From Candidatus Omnitrophota bacterium (GTDB lineage Bacteria; Omnitrophota; Gorgyraeia; Zapsychrales; Zapsychraceae): 64,000 nt of DNA. The notes below the pieces were generated by a model. That model made no database searches. It saw nothing but the letters and a program-made list of their open reading frames with translations, and was not told where the DNA came from. Positions within the stretch are counted from its first letter, which is position 1. Each line of letters starts with the position of its first letter. Of the stretch, positions 45,881-56,002 are shown piece by piece. Made by a program: the position numbers and the translations under genes. Location of the stretch: positions 68 through 64,067 of the forward strand of contig JACKFK010000004.1 in assembly GCA_020632515.1 (NCBI GenBank), read 5' to 3'.

Positions 45881-46909
45881 ATGTCTGATTTAATTTCTAT
45901 TATTGATAATTTTTCCGGAAAAAATATCTTGGTCATTGGAGATCTTATCCTTGATCAATATATCCGCGGTTCAGTTTCTCGTATTTCTCCGGAAGCTCCT
46001 GTGCCTGTTGTTTTACAGGAAGGAGAAGCTGTTTTTACTCCTGGCGGCTCAGCCAGTGTGGCTAATAATTTAAGCCAACTGGGAGCCAAGGTCTCTTTGA
46101 TGGGAAAAGTAGGAGACGATCAAGAAGGACGGTTGTTAGTTAAATTATTAGAAGAGCGGAAAATTGCAGTCAAAGGAATTGTTATAGATAAAAATATTCC
46201 GACGTCGTTAAAAACACGGATTATTGCTTTGCGTCAGCAGGTGGTCCGGGTTGATCGTGAGAAAAAAGATGAGACTCCCTGCGAAGATATTACCAGTAGA
46301 ATGATTCAATATGTCCATGATCATATTGATTCATTGGATGCTGTTATTATTTCTGATTATGGAAAAGGGGTTATTACACCCAGATTAGTGAATGAAGTTT
46401 GTCAGCTCGCCCATAAAAATAATAAAATTATCACAGTTGATCCAAAAGAAGATCATTTTGAGTATTATCGTAAGGTGACGACGATTACCCCTAATAAAAA
46501 AGAAACAGAAAATGCCATTCGAAATATTAAAATTCGTAATTCCTCTAATCGGCAGTTGGAAGTAAATAGTGACAACTTAAAAACTATGGATGAAATTAAG
46601 AAGGCCGGACAAGAATTACAGAAATATTTAGAGTTAGAATCTTTATTGGTGACGCTTGGAGAATTAGGCATGTGTTTATTTGAAAATGGTAAAGAACCCT
46701 TTCATATTAAAACCCAGGCGAGAGAAGTTTTTGATGTTACAGGCGCGGGGGATTCGGTGATTTCTGTTTTTACGTTAGCGTTGACAACGGGGGCGACAAA
46801 ACAACAAGCTGCAGAATTATCAAATATCGCCGCTGGGATTGTCGTTGGTAAGATGGGGGCTGTGGCCGTTACTAAAGAAGAACTGCAAGATACGATTACA
46901 GGTCTTTGA
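45881..46909 (+). CDS. hldA: D-glycero-beta-D-manno-heptose-7-phosphate kinase (RfaE domain I type, PfkB family)
   Basis: 342 aa. ILVIGDLILDQYIRGSVSRISPEAPVPVV and FDVTGAGDSV. No fused adenylyltransferase domain. Confidence 0.85.
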   Translation: MSDLISIIDNFSGKNILVIGDLILDQYIRGSVSRISPEAPVPVVLQEGEAVFTPGGSASVANNLSQLGAKVSLMGKVGDDQEGRLLVKLLEERKIAVKGIVIDKNIPTSLKTRIIALRQQVVRVDREKKDETPCEDITSRMIQYVHDHIDSLDAVIISDYGKGVITPRLVNEVCQLAHKNNKIITVDPKEDHFEYYRKVTTITPNKKETENAIRNIKIRNSSNRQLEVNSDNLKTMDEIKKAGQELQKYLELESLLVTLGELGMCLFENGKEPFHIKTQAREVFDVTGAGDSVISVFTLALTTGATKQQAAELSNIAAGIVVGKMGAVAVTKEELQDTITGL

Positions 46910-46910
46910 A

Positions 46911-47639
46911 ATGAAAAAAATTCTTGGAGTGATTCCGGCACGGTGGGCTTCAACACGATTTCCCGGCAAAGTATTGGCCTTGATTGCGGGTAAACCCATG
47001 ATTCAGCATGTCTGGGAACAAGCAAAACAAAGCACTAAACTGACCGATGTTATTATTGCCGCGGATGATGAACAAGTGTTGCAGGCGGCTAAAAAATTCG
47101 GCGCTCAGGCAGTTTTGACAGATGTCAATCATGCCAGCGGGACTGACCGTATCGCTCAAGCAGTGAAAGATTTATCCGCGGATATTATTATTAATATTCA
47201 AGGCGATGAACCATTAATCCGTCCAGAAGTTATTGATAGTTTAATCGCAGCCTTTGATCGTGAACCTGCGTGTTTAATGGCAACGGCTATTAAAAAAATT
47301 AATGATGTCCAAGAATTGAATAATCCAAATATTGTGAAGGTAGTCATTGATTGTCAGTATAACGCACTTTATTTTTCACGGGCGTTGATTCCGTATAATC
47401 GAGATAATGGTAAGACGGACGTTTATAAACATCAGGGCATTTATGCGTATCAGCGGGATTTTTTGTTGAAGATTGTAAAACTTCCTCCTTCAAAATTAGA
47501 ACAAAGTGAAAAACTGGAACAGTTAAGAGTTTTAGAAGCTGGTTATAAGATTAAGACCGTGGAAACGGATTATGAATCCATCGGCGTTGATTCACCGGAA
47601 GATATTGGTCGAGTTGAAGAAATTTTAAAGAAAAGATAA
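46911..47639 (+). CDS. kdsB: 3-deoxy-manno-octulosonate cytidylyltransferase (CMP-Kdo synthetase)
   Basis: 242 aa from ATG 46911. GVIPARWASTRFPGK, NIQGDEP. Confidence 0.93.
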   Translation: MKKILGVIPARWASTRFPGKVLALIAGKPMIQHVWEQAKQSTKLTDVIIAADDEQVLQAAKKFGAQAVLTDVNHASGTDRIAQAVKDLSADIIINIQGDEPLIRPEVIDSLIAAFDREPACLMATAIKKINDVQELNNPNIVKVVIDCQYNALYFSRALIPYNRDNGKTDVYKHQGIYAYQRDFLLKIVKLPPSKLEQSEKLEQLRVLEAGYKIKTVETDYESIGVDSPEDIGRVEEILKKR

Positions 47640-47643
47640 AATT

Positions 47644-48462
47644 ATGATTGTTAATCTTGGATCTATACAAATTGGCGGCGGGCAACCTTTTATTCTAATC
47701 GCCGGACCCTGCGTGATTGAATCAAAAGCTGCGGTTATGGAAACCGCGCAAGCCATTAATGAAATTACGCAAAGATTAGAAATCCCATTTGTTTTCAAAG
47801 CGAGTTATGATAAAGCGAATCGAACTTCAATTGAATCGTTTCGCGGGCCGGGATTAATTCAAGGACTAGAGATTCTTAACGAGGTTAAGAAAAAAGTTGG
47901 AGTTCCTTTATTAAGCGATGTTCATTCGGTGGAAGAAGTTAAAAAAGCGGCTAAGGTTTTAGATATTTTACAAATACCAGCTTTTTTATGCCGGCAGACA
48001 GATTTATTGGTTAGCGCAGCGAAGTCGAAAAAAGTGGTGAATGTCAAAAAGGGACAATTTATGGCCCCTTGGGATATGGATCATGTGATCCGAAAAATTG
48101 AGTGTTCAGGAAATAAAAATATTCTTCTGACGGAGCGCGGCACATCATTTGGATATAACAATTTGGTCAGCGATTTTCGGTCAATCGCGATTATGCGCAA
48201 CACTGGCTGTCCGGTAATTTTTGACGCGACCCATAGTGTGCAGCAGCCTGGAGGATTGGGAACTTCATCTGGTGGAAAAAGTGAGTTTATTCCGCTTTTA
48301 GCCCGATGCGCGGTAGCAGCTGGATGTGATGGGATTTTTCTAGAAGTGCATCCGAATCCAAAGAAAGCTTTGTCTGATGGACCGAATTCTTTAGCATTAA
48401 AAAATCTTGAGAAAGTCCTTAAGGAACTTAAGCAGATTGATAGAATAGTAAAAGGCTATTAA
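47644..48462 (+). CDS. kdsA: 3-deoxy-8-phosphooctulonate (Kdo8P) synthase
   Basis: 272 aa. KASYDKANRTS, IPAFLCRQTDL, DATHSVQ. Confidence 0.95.
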   Translation: MIVNLGSIQIGGGQPFILIAGPCVIESKAAVMETAQAINEITQRLEIPFVFKASYDKANRTSIESFRGPGLIQGLEILNEVKKKVGVPLLSDVHSVEEVKKAAKVLDILQIPAFLCRQTDLLVSAAKSKKVVNVKKGQFMAPWDMDHVIRKIECSGNKNILLTERGTSFGYNNLVSDFRSIAIMRNTGCPVIFDATHSVQQPGGLGTSSGGKSEFIPLLARCAVAAGCDGIFLEVHPNPKKALSDGPNSLALKNLEKVLKELKQIDRIVKGY

Positions 48463-48467
48463 AGCGC

Positions 48468-49427
48468 ATGACGATAAAAAAAGCAAAAGAAGTAATCGCT
48501 ATTGAAGCGCAAGCCGTCAAAGAATTAAGCAAGCGGATTAATAAAGATTTTGTTAAGGCTGTAGATTTGATTGCCAAATGCAAAGGCCGCGTAGTTGTTA
48601 CAGGCATGGGCAAAACTGGTATTATTGGTCGAAAGATTTCCGCTACATTTTCTTCCACCGGCACCCCCAGCATTTGGATGCATAGTGCTGAAGCAGTTCA
48701 TGGGGATTTGGGACAGGTAACTAAAAATGATGTTTTAGTTATCATATCAAATAGTGGCGAGACTGAAGAAACCATGCGGTTGATTCCGATTATTAAAAGA
48801 CTAAACGCTAAAATTATTGCTTTTACTGGAAATAAGAAATCGACTCTCGCGAAACATAGTGATGTAATTCTGGATGTTTCAATTAAAAAGGAAGGATGTC
48901 CATTGGGTTTAGCCCCAATGGCTTCAACTACGGTGGCGTTGGTTATGGGGGACGCGTTAGCCGCGTGTTTGATCACGCGTAAAGGGTTTCGCAAAGAAGA
49001 CTTTGCTTTTTATCATCCGGGAGGTTCTTTAGGTAAGAAATTGTTATTAAAGGTTGAAGATTTAATGCGTAAAGACGGGCAATTTCCTAAGGTAAAAGAT
49101 TACTTATCAGTCAAAGATGTTTTGTTAAATATTACCCGCATGCGCTGTGGCTCTGCTTGTGTAATTAATCAACAGGAAAAGCTGGTTGGGATTTTTACTG
49201 ACGGTGATTTGCGTCGGCATATCAAAGCGGATAATCGTTTGCTTGAACGTAAGGTCAAAGATGTTATGACAAAGAATCCTACCGCCATTGGACAGGATAA
49301 ATTAGCGGTAGAAGCGTTGCGGATCTTACAGGATAAACATATCGATGAACTGCCGGTCTTAGATAAAAATAAAAAATTAGTGGGATTATTAGACGTTCAA
49401 GATTTACTAAAAGCGGGGCTTGTGTGA
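48468..49427 (+). CDS. kdsD: arabinose-5-phosphate isomerase (SIS plus tandem CBS)
   Basis: 319 aa. SIS motif VTGMGKTGIIGRKISATFSSTG, followed by two CBS-like repeats. Confidence 0.92.
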   Translation: MTIKKAKEVIAIEAQAVKELSKRINKDFVKAVDLIAKCKGRVVVTGMGKTGIIGRKISATFSSTGTPSIWMHSAEAVHGDLGQVTKNDVLVIISNSGETEETMRLIPIIKRLNAKIIAFTGNKKSTLAKHSDVILDVSIKKEGCPLGLAPMASTTVALVMGDALAACLITRKGFRKEDFAFYHPGGSLGKKLLLKVEDLMRKDGQFPKVKDYLSVKDVLLNITRMRCGSACVINQQEKLVGIFTDGDLRRHIKADNRLLERKVKDVMTKNPTAIGQDKLAVEALRILQDKHIDELPVLDKNKKLVGLLDVQDLLKAGLV

Positions 49428-49948
49428 AGACAGAATTGATTGAAAAAATAAAAAAGATTCAATTATTAATATTGGATGTAGATGGTGTTTTAACCAACGG
49501 TAAGATTATTTTCAACGATCAAGGAAAAGAAATAAAAGTCTTTGATGTTCAGGATGGATTTGGTATTGTATTATTTCGTAAAGCTGGATATAAAGTGGCT
49601 ATTTTATCAGCTCGATCCGCGCCGGCTGTCAAAATGCGGGCCAGAGATTTAAAGATCGATAAAGTCTGCCAAGATGCCTATCCTAAGATTAAAGCGTATA
49701 AAAAATTATTAAAAGAATTTAAGTTAAAAGATGAACAGGTCTGTTTTATGGGAGATGACCTGACAGATTTAGAAGTTTTAGGCAGGGTCGGTTTTGCTGT
49801 CGCTGTTTCCAATGCCGTAGTTGAGGTCAAAAGAGCTGCGGATTATATAACTAAAGAAAAAGGAGGAGAGGGAGCAATTCGAGAAGTCATTGAGCTGATT
49901 TTAAAGACACAAGGGCGATGGCGGAAAATTGTTCAATCCTTTTCTTAA
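49424..49948 (+). CDS. kdsC: Kdo 8-phosphate phosphatase (HAD-IIIA, YrbI family)
   Basis: 174 aa, GTG start overlapping the kdsD stop. LILDVDGVLTNG, MGDDLTD. Confidence 0.9.
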   Translation: MKTELIEKIKKIQLLILDVDGVLTNGKIIFNDQGKEIKVFDVQDGFGIVLFRKAGYKVAILSARSAPAVKMRARDLKIDKVCQDAYPKIKAYKKLLKEFKLKDEQVCFMGDDLTDLEVLGRVGFAVAVSNAVVEVKRAADYITKEKGGEGAIREVIELILKTQGRWRKIVQSFS

Positions 49949-49965
49949 AAGGAAGGATACTCCAC

Positions 49966-50790
49966 ATGATAAAAAAAGTAATTTTTTTCATCAGTCTTTT
50001 GTTATTAAATAACCAAGTATTTGCACAGCAAAATCAAAATGATCAAAAATTTCAAGGTTTTAATTTGGAAGGCTTTAATGATAATGGCGATAAAGCCTGG
50101 GAGGTTAACGGTGAAACCGCGGATATTATGGGAGAAGATATAAAGTTGTCGAATGTCGATGCCAATAGCTATGGTGAGAAACATGTTAATTTGACAGCGG
50201 AAACGGGCGTCATCAATCAAACCAGCGGCACCATGCTCTTAGAAAAAGATGTTATTATTACCAGTGAAGATGGCGCGCAGTTAATCACCGATTCTTTAGA
50301 TTGGAATCGTGAGGCTGATTTGGTACATACAGACGATCCTGTTTGGATTACAGATCAAAAAATTAATGTTTCCGGTGTTGGAATGGAAGCTCATCCAGGA
50401 TTAAAGAACGCCCGGATTCATGAAAACGTTAGAGTCACAGCGGATGTACAGGATAAAGAAAATAATACAAGTAAAGTTACGATTACCAGTGACGGGCCAA
50501 TGATGATTGATCAATCCTTAGGCTTAGCAACTTTTAAGGACAATGTGGTGGCTATTTCCGATGGTCGGACGTTAATTGCTGATGAAATGGAAGTCCATTT
50601 TAATCAGGATATGGAAGGGATTGAAGAGCTTATTTGTACTGGAAACGTGGAAATCATTCAGGGAGAAAATAAGACATACGCGCAAAAAGCAACGTATGAC
50701 GCGATCAGTAAACGGCTGGTTCTTTCCGGCCGGCCAAAAATGATTATGATTACCGAGGGGGACGATGCCATTACAGCTCTTAGAGACTAG
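49966..50790 (+). CDS. periplasmic LPS-transport protein with tandem LptC-like and LptA/OstA-like beta-jellyroll halves
   Basis: 274 aa from ATG 49966, behind AAGGAAGGA. Signal/anchor MIKKVIFFISLLLLNNQVFAQ. First half is LptC-like (..LEKDVIITSEDGAQLITDSLDWN..). Second half is LptA-like (..ATFKDNVVAISDGRTLIADEMEVH..CTGNVEIIQGENKTYAQKATYD..LSGRP). Confidence 0.7.
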   Translation: MIKKVIFFISLLLLNNQVFAQQNQNDQKFQGFNLEGFNDNGDKAWEVNGETADIMGEDIKLSNVDANSYGEKHVNLTAETGVINQTSGTMLLEKDVIITSEDGAQLITDSLDWNREADLVHTDDPVWITDQKINVSGVGMEAHPGLKNARIHENVRVTADVQDKENNTSKVTITSDGPMMIDQSLGLATFKDNVVAISDGRTLIADEMEVHFNQDMEGIEELICTGNVEIIQGENKTYAQKATYDAISKRLVLSGRPKMIMITEGDDAITALRD

Positions 50791-51493
50791 AAATTTGGTG
50801 AAATCTTATGGAGGTCGGCGGGTTGTTGATCAACTAAGCATCACTGTTGGGCGTTCTGAAATTGTTGGATTGCTCGGCCCCAACGGGGCAGGTAAAACCA
50901 CAACGTTTTATATGGCTGTAGGGATTATTCAGCCGGAATCAGGACAAGTTGTTTTCGATAACGAAGATATCACTCGTAAATCTATTCATCAGCGTTGCCG
51001 GCTGGGTATGGGATACTTAGCCCAGGAGTCGTCGATCTTTCGTAAATTAACGGTTGAACAAAATATTATGGCAATTCTTGAGACTTTAAAAATCAGTCCA
51101 CAGGAACGCCGTAAAAGATTAAACGCTCTTTTAGAAGAATTAAACATTGCCCATCTTGCGAAAAGTAAAGCGTATACTTTATCCGGAGGAGAACGACGGC
51201 GATTAGAAATTACGAGAGCGTTAGTAACTAATCCTTCATTTTTATTGCTGGATGAACCTTTTTCAGGAATTGATCCGATTGTGGTTGCTGAAGCGCAAGA
51301 AATTATCAAAGAATTAAAGAATAGAGGATTAGGAATTTTATTAACGGATCATAATGTGCGTGAAACATTATCGATTACTGATCGGGCGTATTTAGTCGCT
51401 GAAGGTAGGGTGTTGATTTCAGGAACAGCGCAAGATTTAATTAATGATCCGGAAGCACGGAAAATTTATTTAGGTGAAAAATTTAGAATGTAA
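50765..51493 (+). CDS. lptB: LPS export ABC transporter ATP-binding protein
   Basis: 242 aa. LLGPNGAGKTTTFYM, YLAQESSIFRKLTV, LSGGERRRLEI, LLLDEPFSGIDP. Confidence 0.93.
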   Translation: MPLQLLETRNLVKSYGGRRVVDQLSITVGRSEIVGLLGPNGAGKTTTFYMAVGIIQPESGQVVFDNEDITRKSIHQRCRLGMGYLAQESSIFRKLTVEQNIMAILETLKISPQERRKRLNALLEELNIAHLAKSKAYTLSGGERRRLEITRALVTNPSFLLLDEPFSGIDPIVVAEAQEIIKELKNRGLGILLTDHNVRETLSITDRAYLVAEGRVLISGTAQDLINDPEARKIYLGEKFRM

Positions 51494-51558
51494 TTCATAT
51501 CAGCGTATGTGCGCGCTCAATGAGCCATTCTGACTATGTCAAGGAGGAGTAAGAAGAA

Positions 51559-52446
51559 ATGAACGTTGAAGTTAAAAAAATTAATGAAATTAAACGGGAA
51601 TTGAAATTTGAGATTCAAAAGGACAGGGTTTTAAAGACATTTGATGAGGTGTATAAAGAAATCGGAAAGTTCGCGAAAGTTAAAGGATATCGTCCAGGGA
51701 AGGTTCCGCGTCATGTGCTTGAAGCCTCACACGGAAGTGTTGCCAGAGAAGAAGTTATTAAGAAGCTCGTTCCGGAAGCTTATCATGAAGGGATTGAAAA
51801 TGAAAAACTTAAGCCGATTGATATGCCGATGATTGAAGGGGTTGAATTGAAAAATGGTATATTGACCTTCATTGCTAAATTAGATTTAAAGCCTGAAGTC
51901 AACATCAAAGATTATAAAGGATTAAAAGTTAAACGAAAAGATGACAAAGTAACAGATGAAGAAATTAATAATACATTAGATTACATCAAGCAAGGTCAGG
52001 GTAAAAATAAAGAAGATGTGTTAGACGATGGGTTTGCCCGTGAAATGGGATATCCGAATTTAGATGAATTTAAAAAAGCGCTCTCAAAGCAGTTAGAGCT
52101 GGATAAAGATCGGCATAATCGGATGGACGTTGAAAATCAAATTGTTGAACAATTAATAAAAAAGACAAAGTTCACTTTGCCGCAATCATTGGTTACTAAA
52201 CAGTTAGAAAAGCGAGTTGAAGAAAGTAAACAAAGATTACAAAAACAAGGTATGCCGGTAGAAGAAATCCAAAAAAGGGAAGAAGAGATTCGTAAAGAAT
52301 TAAAAGAGGCTGTTGAAAAGGATATTAAACTTTATTTAATCCTTGATAAAATTGCCGAATTGGAAAATATTCAAGTCAATGAAGGGGAAAGTGTGCCAGC
52401 AAAAACTATGGCCTTTCTTCTAAAGGAAGCCAAATGGGAAACATAA
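51559..52446 (+). CDS. tig: trigger factor lacking the PPIase (FKBP) domain
   Basis: 295 aa. Ribosome-binding signature GYRPGKVP in the N-domain. The N-domain joins directly to C-domain-like helices ([24 protein letters not shown]..). No FKBP segment is visible. clpP follows. Confidence 0.8.
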   Translation: MNVEVKKINEIKRELKFEIQKDRVLKTFDEVYKEIGKFAKVKGYRPGKVPRHVLEASHGSVAREEVIKKLVPEAYHEGIENEKLKPIDMPMIEGVELKNGILTFIAKLDLKPEVNIKDYKGLKVKRKDDKVTDEEINNTLDYIKQGQGKNKEDVLDDGFAREMGYPNLDEFKKALSKQLELDKDRHNRMDVENQIVEQLIKKTKFTLPQSLVTKQLEKRVEESKQRLQKQGMPVEEIQKREEEIRKELKEAVEKDIKLYLILDKIAELENIQVNEGESVPAKTMAFLLKEAKWET

Positions 52447-52487
52447 TTAATCCATGGAATAATCACATGGAAGGGGGGGCAAAACGC

Positions 52488-53111
52488 ATGGAAGTAAAAA
52501 ATCAAGTATTAGTTCCTATGGTTGTTGAGAAGTCATCGCATGGTGAAAGAGCTTACGACATTTATTCGCGCTTGCTTAAAGATAGAATTATTTTTATTGG
52601 TACGGCTATTGATGATAATGTAGCAAATTTAATCATTGCCCAGCTTTTATTCTTACAGAGCGAAGACTCAACAAGGGATATAAATGTGTACGTTAATTCA
52701 CCAGGGGGATCTGTAACCGCTGGTTTAGCGATTTATGATACCATGCAGTTTGTTAAACCGGATGTCTGTACCTACTGTTTAGGGCAGGCGGCAAGTATGG
52801 GATCACTTCTTTTAGCCGCTGGAGCTAAAGGAAAAAGGTTTGCTCTTCCGTATTCTCGCATTATGATCCATCAACCGTGGGGAGGCGCGCAGGGAACCGC
52901 GAGTGATATTTCTATTCAAGCAAAAGAAATTCTTCGAATGAAAGAAGAGTTGACTAAGATATTAGCCAAACATAGTAATCAATCTTTTGATAAAGTCTCG
53001 GCTGATTGTGATCGGGATTACTTTATGACTTCACATGAAGCCAAAGCCTATGGGCTTGTGGATGAAGTAATTGAAACGACAAAAGATGTAAGCAAAAAAA
53101 ATAAAAAATAA
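52488..53111 (+). CDS. clpP: ATP-dependent Clp protease proteolytic subunit
   Basis: 207 aa from ATG 52488, behind the GGAAGGGGGG Shine-Dalgarno. [17 protein letters not shown], catalytic [14 protein letters not shown] and MIHQP. Confidence 0.95.
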   Translation: MEVKNQVLVPMVVEKSSHGERAYDIYSRLLKDRIIFIGTAIDDNVANLIIAQLLFLQSEDSTRDINVYVNSPGGSVTAGLAIYDTMQFVKPDVCTYCLGQAASMGSLLLAAGAKGKRFALPYSRIMIHQPWGGAQGTASDISIQAKEILRMKEELTKILAKHSNQSFDKVSADCDRDYFMTSHEAKAYGLVDEVIETTKDVSKKNKK

Positions 53112-53199
53112 AAATATTCTACCCAATCAGTTTGAATAAAATTTGAATTTATTTTATTCAGTTTACAGAATAAGTAGGAGGTATTAGAAAGGTATTACG

Positions 53200-54339
53200 A
53201 TGGACAGGAATTTGTTATTAACACCAGGACCAACTCAAATCCCGCCGGAAATTTGTGAAGCATTAGGCCGGCCGATTATTCATCATCGCACACCGCAGTT
53301 TCAGAATAATATTAAGGAAGTTATTGAGGGACTGCAGTATGTTTTCCAAACAAAGAATGATATTTATCTTTTAGCCGCCTCGGGTACCGGAGGAATGGAG
53401 TCGTGTGTTTGTAATTTATTATCTCCTGGTGATAAAGCGATTACGGTTGATGGAGGTAAATTTGGAGAACGATGGGGAGATATCTGCAAATGTTATGGTG
53501 TTAATGCGGATGTAATCAAAGTAGAGTGGGGAAAAGCTGTTACCCCTGAGCAAATTCAAGCGGCCTTAGATAAGAATAAAGATGCCAAAGCTGTTTTTAT
53601 TACACTTAATGAAACGTCAACCGGGGTTGTCACTGATGTTAAAGCTATTGCTGCTGTTGTTAATAAAACAAGAGCTGTTTTGGTCGTCGATGCCATTAGC
53701 GGTTTAGGTGTTGTTGATTTACAAATGGATGCTTGGGGCGTTGACGTGGTCGTATCGGCCTCGCATAAGGGGTTCATGCTTCCTCCGGGTTTAGCGTTTG
53801 TTGCGGTTAGTCCTAAAGCCTTTAAATACGTTCAAGAGGCGAAGAGTCCAAGGTATTATTTTGATTTTCGCAAGTCTAAAAAAGCTTTGGAAAAAGTTGA
53901 TACACCTTTTACTCCGGCGATTGGAATTGTAATCGCTTTAGTGGAAAGTTTAAAGCGGATGAGAGCTCAAGGATTAGATCAATTATTTGCTCATTTCGCA
54001 TTGCTGGCAGAGGGCACAAGAGCTGCTGCTAAAGCTTTGGGTTTAACTCTTTTTCCAGACGAAACCTGCATGTCTTGTGCGTTAACAACTATTAATCTTC
54101 CCGCGGAGATTAATGGAGAAAAATTGGTTAAGACGCTGCGTGATGTTCATGGGATCTCAGTTGCTGGAGGTCAGGATCATTTGAAAGGAAAAATTATTCG
54201 CATTGCGCATATGGGTTGTCTTACAGAAGAGGATATCCTGACGGGATTAGAGTATTTGGAGGTTGTTTTAAAAGAACAAGGATATTCTTTTGCACCAGGG
54301 GCTGGCGTCAATGCCGCCAAGAAAGTTTTTACTAAATAA
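53200..54339 (+). CDS. class V aminotransferase (serine-pyruvate / phosphoserine aminotransferase type)
   Basis: 379 aa. PLP-Lys region VVSASHKGFMLPPG. Adjacent to serA, suggesting a role in serine biosynthesis (inference). Confidence 0.8.
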   Translation: MDRNLLLTPGPTQIPPEICEALGRPIIHHRTPQFQNNIKEVIEGLQYVFQTKNDIYLLAASGTGGMESCVCNLLSPGDKAITVDGGKFGERWGDICKCYGVNADVIKVEWGKAVTPEQIQAALDKNKDAKAVFITLNETSTGVVTDVKAIAAVVNKTRAVLVVDAISGLGVVDLQMDAWGVDVVVSASHKGFMLPPGLAFVAVSPKAFKYVQEAKSPRYYFDFRKSKKALEKVDTPFTPAIGIVIALVESLKRMRAQGLDQLFAHFALLAEGTRAAAKALGLTLFPDETCMSCALTTINLPAEINGEKLVKTLRDVHGISVAGGQDHLKGKIIRIAHMGCLTEEDILTGLEYLEVVLKEQGYSFAPGAGVNAAKKVFTK

Positions 54340-54391
54340 ATGTTAATGTGGGATTTTTTTAATACTATAGAAGAGAGTGGAGTAAAACAGC

Positions 54392-55978
54392 ATGATGAAA
54401 ATATTAATTAGCGATAAACTAGCCGAAGAAGGCATTAAAATATTAAGGGAAGAAAAAGAGTTTGAAGTCGATTGTAAATATGACCTTAAACCAGAGGAAT
54501 TAAAGAACGCGATTAAGGATTATCATGGTCTGATTATTCGCAGCGCCACAACAGTTACAGCCGATATCCTCGATAATGCGACAAATTTAAAAGTCATAGG
54601 ACGTGCAGGGGTGGGATTGGATAATGTGGATCTGTCAGCCGCAACCAAAAAAGGTGTGGTGGCTATGAACACGCCTGCTGGCAATACTACCTCAACTGCG
54701 GAACATACGATGAGCATGATATTAGCTCTTTCCCGGAATATTCCACAAGCGTGTGCTTCATTAAAATCAGGCAAGTGGGAACGTTCAAAATTTAATGGAG
54801 TTGAGTTAAGAGGAAAGATTTTAGGAATAATTGGATTTGGTAGAATCGGTTCTACCGTCGGAAAATTCGCGAAAGCCTTTGGAATGGATATTATTGTTTT
54901 TGATCCGTTTCTTTCAAAAGAGGTCGCGGATAAAAATGGTGTGAAGGCGGTAACGCTGGAAGATCTTTTAAAGACAGCCGATTATATTACAATTCATATC
55001 CCTAAAAGTGATGAAACTAATAATTTAATAGGGGATAAAGAATTTAGTTTAATGAAAAAAAATGCGCGGATTATTAATTGTGCCCGTGGGGGAATTATTA
55101 ATGAACAAGCGTTGATCAAAGCATTGGAAGAGAAAAAGATTGCAGGCTGTGCCTTGGATGTTTATGAAGAAGAACCACCTCCCGCAGATTCAGGTTTATT
55201 TAAGTTTGATAATTGTGTTGTGACCCCGCATTTGGGTGCATCAACATCAGAAGCGCAGATTAATGTGGCTATTGAAATTGCTGAAACCGTACGAGATGCT
55301 CTTTTAGGCCGTGGAATTGTAAACGCTGCTAATTTTCCATCTGTTGACGCGCAAAGTTATCAATTTTTAGAACCGTATATAAATTTAGCATTTCGTATTG
55401 GGAAATTCTCAGGTCAATTAATTAAAGGTGCGGTCAATTCCATTAAAATTGTATATAGTGGAGATTTGAATAATTATAAGACAGCGCCGGTAACTTTATC
55501 GATTGTTAATGGAATTCTCACGCCTATTTTACGCGATTCAATTAATTATATTAATGCCGCTGATATTGCCAAAGATCGTGGGATTGATGTGCAGGAAGTA
55601 AAATCGAATAAAGCCGAAGAATTTGTGAATTGTATTAAAGTGGATATACAAACAGATCAAGAAACTTTCTCAATATGGGGAACTTTATCAGGTAACCATC
55701 AACCGCGAATTGTTAAAATAAATCATGTTTATGTCGAAGCTAAGCCGGAAGGTTACATGCTTTTTATCATGAATAACGATAAGCCAGGATTGGTCGGAGC
55801 GATCGGTAATATTCTTGGTGATGGGAAAGTTAATATTGCTGGAATTTCTTTAGGGCGAGAGGCTCAAGATGGTGTTGCCATAAGTGTTGTGAATGTTGAC
55901 AGCGAAGTTTCTAAAGAAACTATTGAGAAATTAAGGAATACGAAAGATATTCTTTTCGTTAAATTGGTTCAGGTATAG
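54392..55978 (+). CDS. serA: D-3-phosphoglycerate dehydrogenase (long form with ASB and ACT domains)
   Basis: 528 aa. NAD motif GIIGFGRIGSTVG, CARGGIINE, TPHLGAST, C-terminal ACT-like NNDKPGLVGAIGNILG. Confidence 0.93.
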   Translation: MMKILISDKLAEEGIKILREEKEFEVDCKYDLKPEELKNAIKDYHGLIIRSATTVTADILDNATNLKVIGRAGVGLDNVDLSAATKKGVVAMNTPAGNTTSTAEHTMSMILALSRNIPQACASLKSGKWERSKFNGVELRGKILGIIGFGRIGSTVGKFAKAFGMDIIVFDPFLSKEVADKNGVKAVTLEDLLKTADYITIHIPKSDETNNLIGDKEFSLMKKNARIINCARGGIINEQALIKALEEKKIAGCALDVYEEEPPPADSGLFKFDNCVVTPHLGASTSEAQINVAIEIAETVRDALLGRGIVNAANFPSVDAQSYQFLEPYINLAFRIGKFSGQLIKGAVNSIKIVYSGDLNNYKTAPVTLSIVNGILTPILRDSINYINAADIAKDRGIDVQEVKSNKAEEFVNCIKVDIQTDQETFSIWGTLSGNHQPRIVKINHVYVEAKPEGYMLFIMNNDKPGLVGAIGNILGDGKVNIAGISLGREAQDGVAISVVNVDSEVSKETIEKLRNTKDILFVKLVQV

Positions 55979-56002
55979 GGGGGGAGTTTCTCGGAGAAAG
56001 CT

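Noticed and set aside
53133-53160. AT-only hairpin TGAATAAAAT-N8-ATTTTATTCA after clpP, considered as a terminator.
   Set aside because: The stem has a single G-C pair and no downstream T tract, so the evidence is too weak to call.
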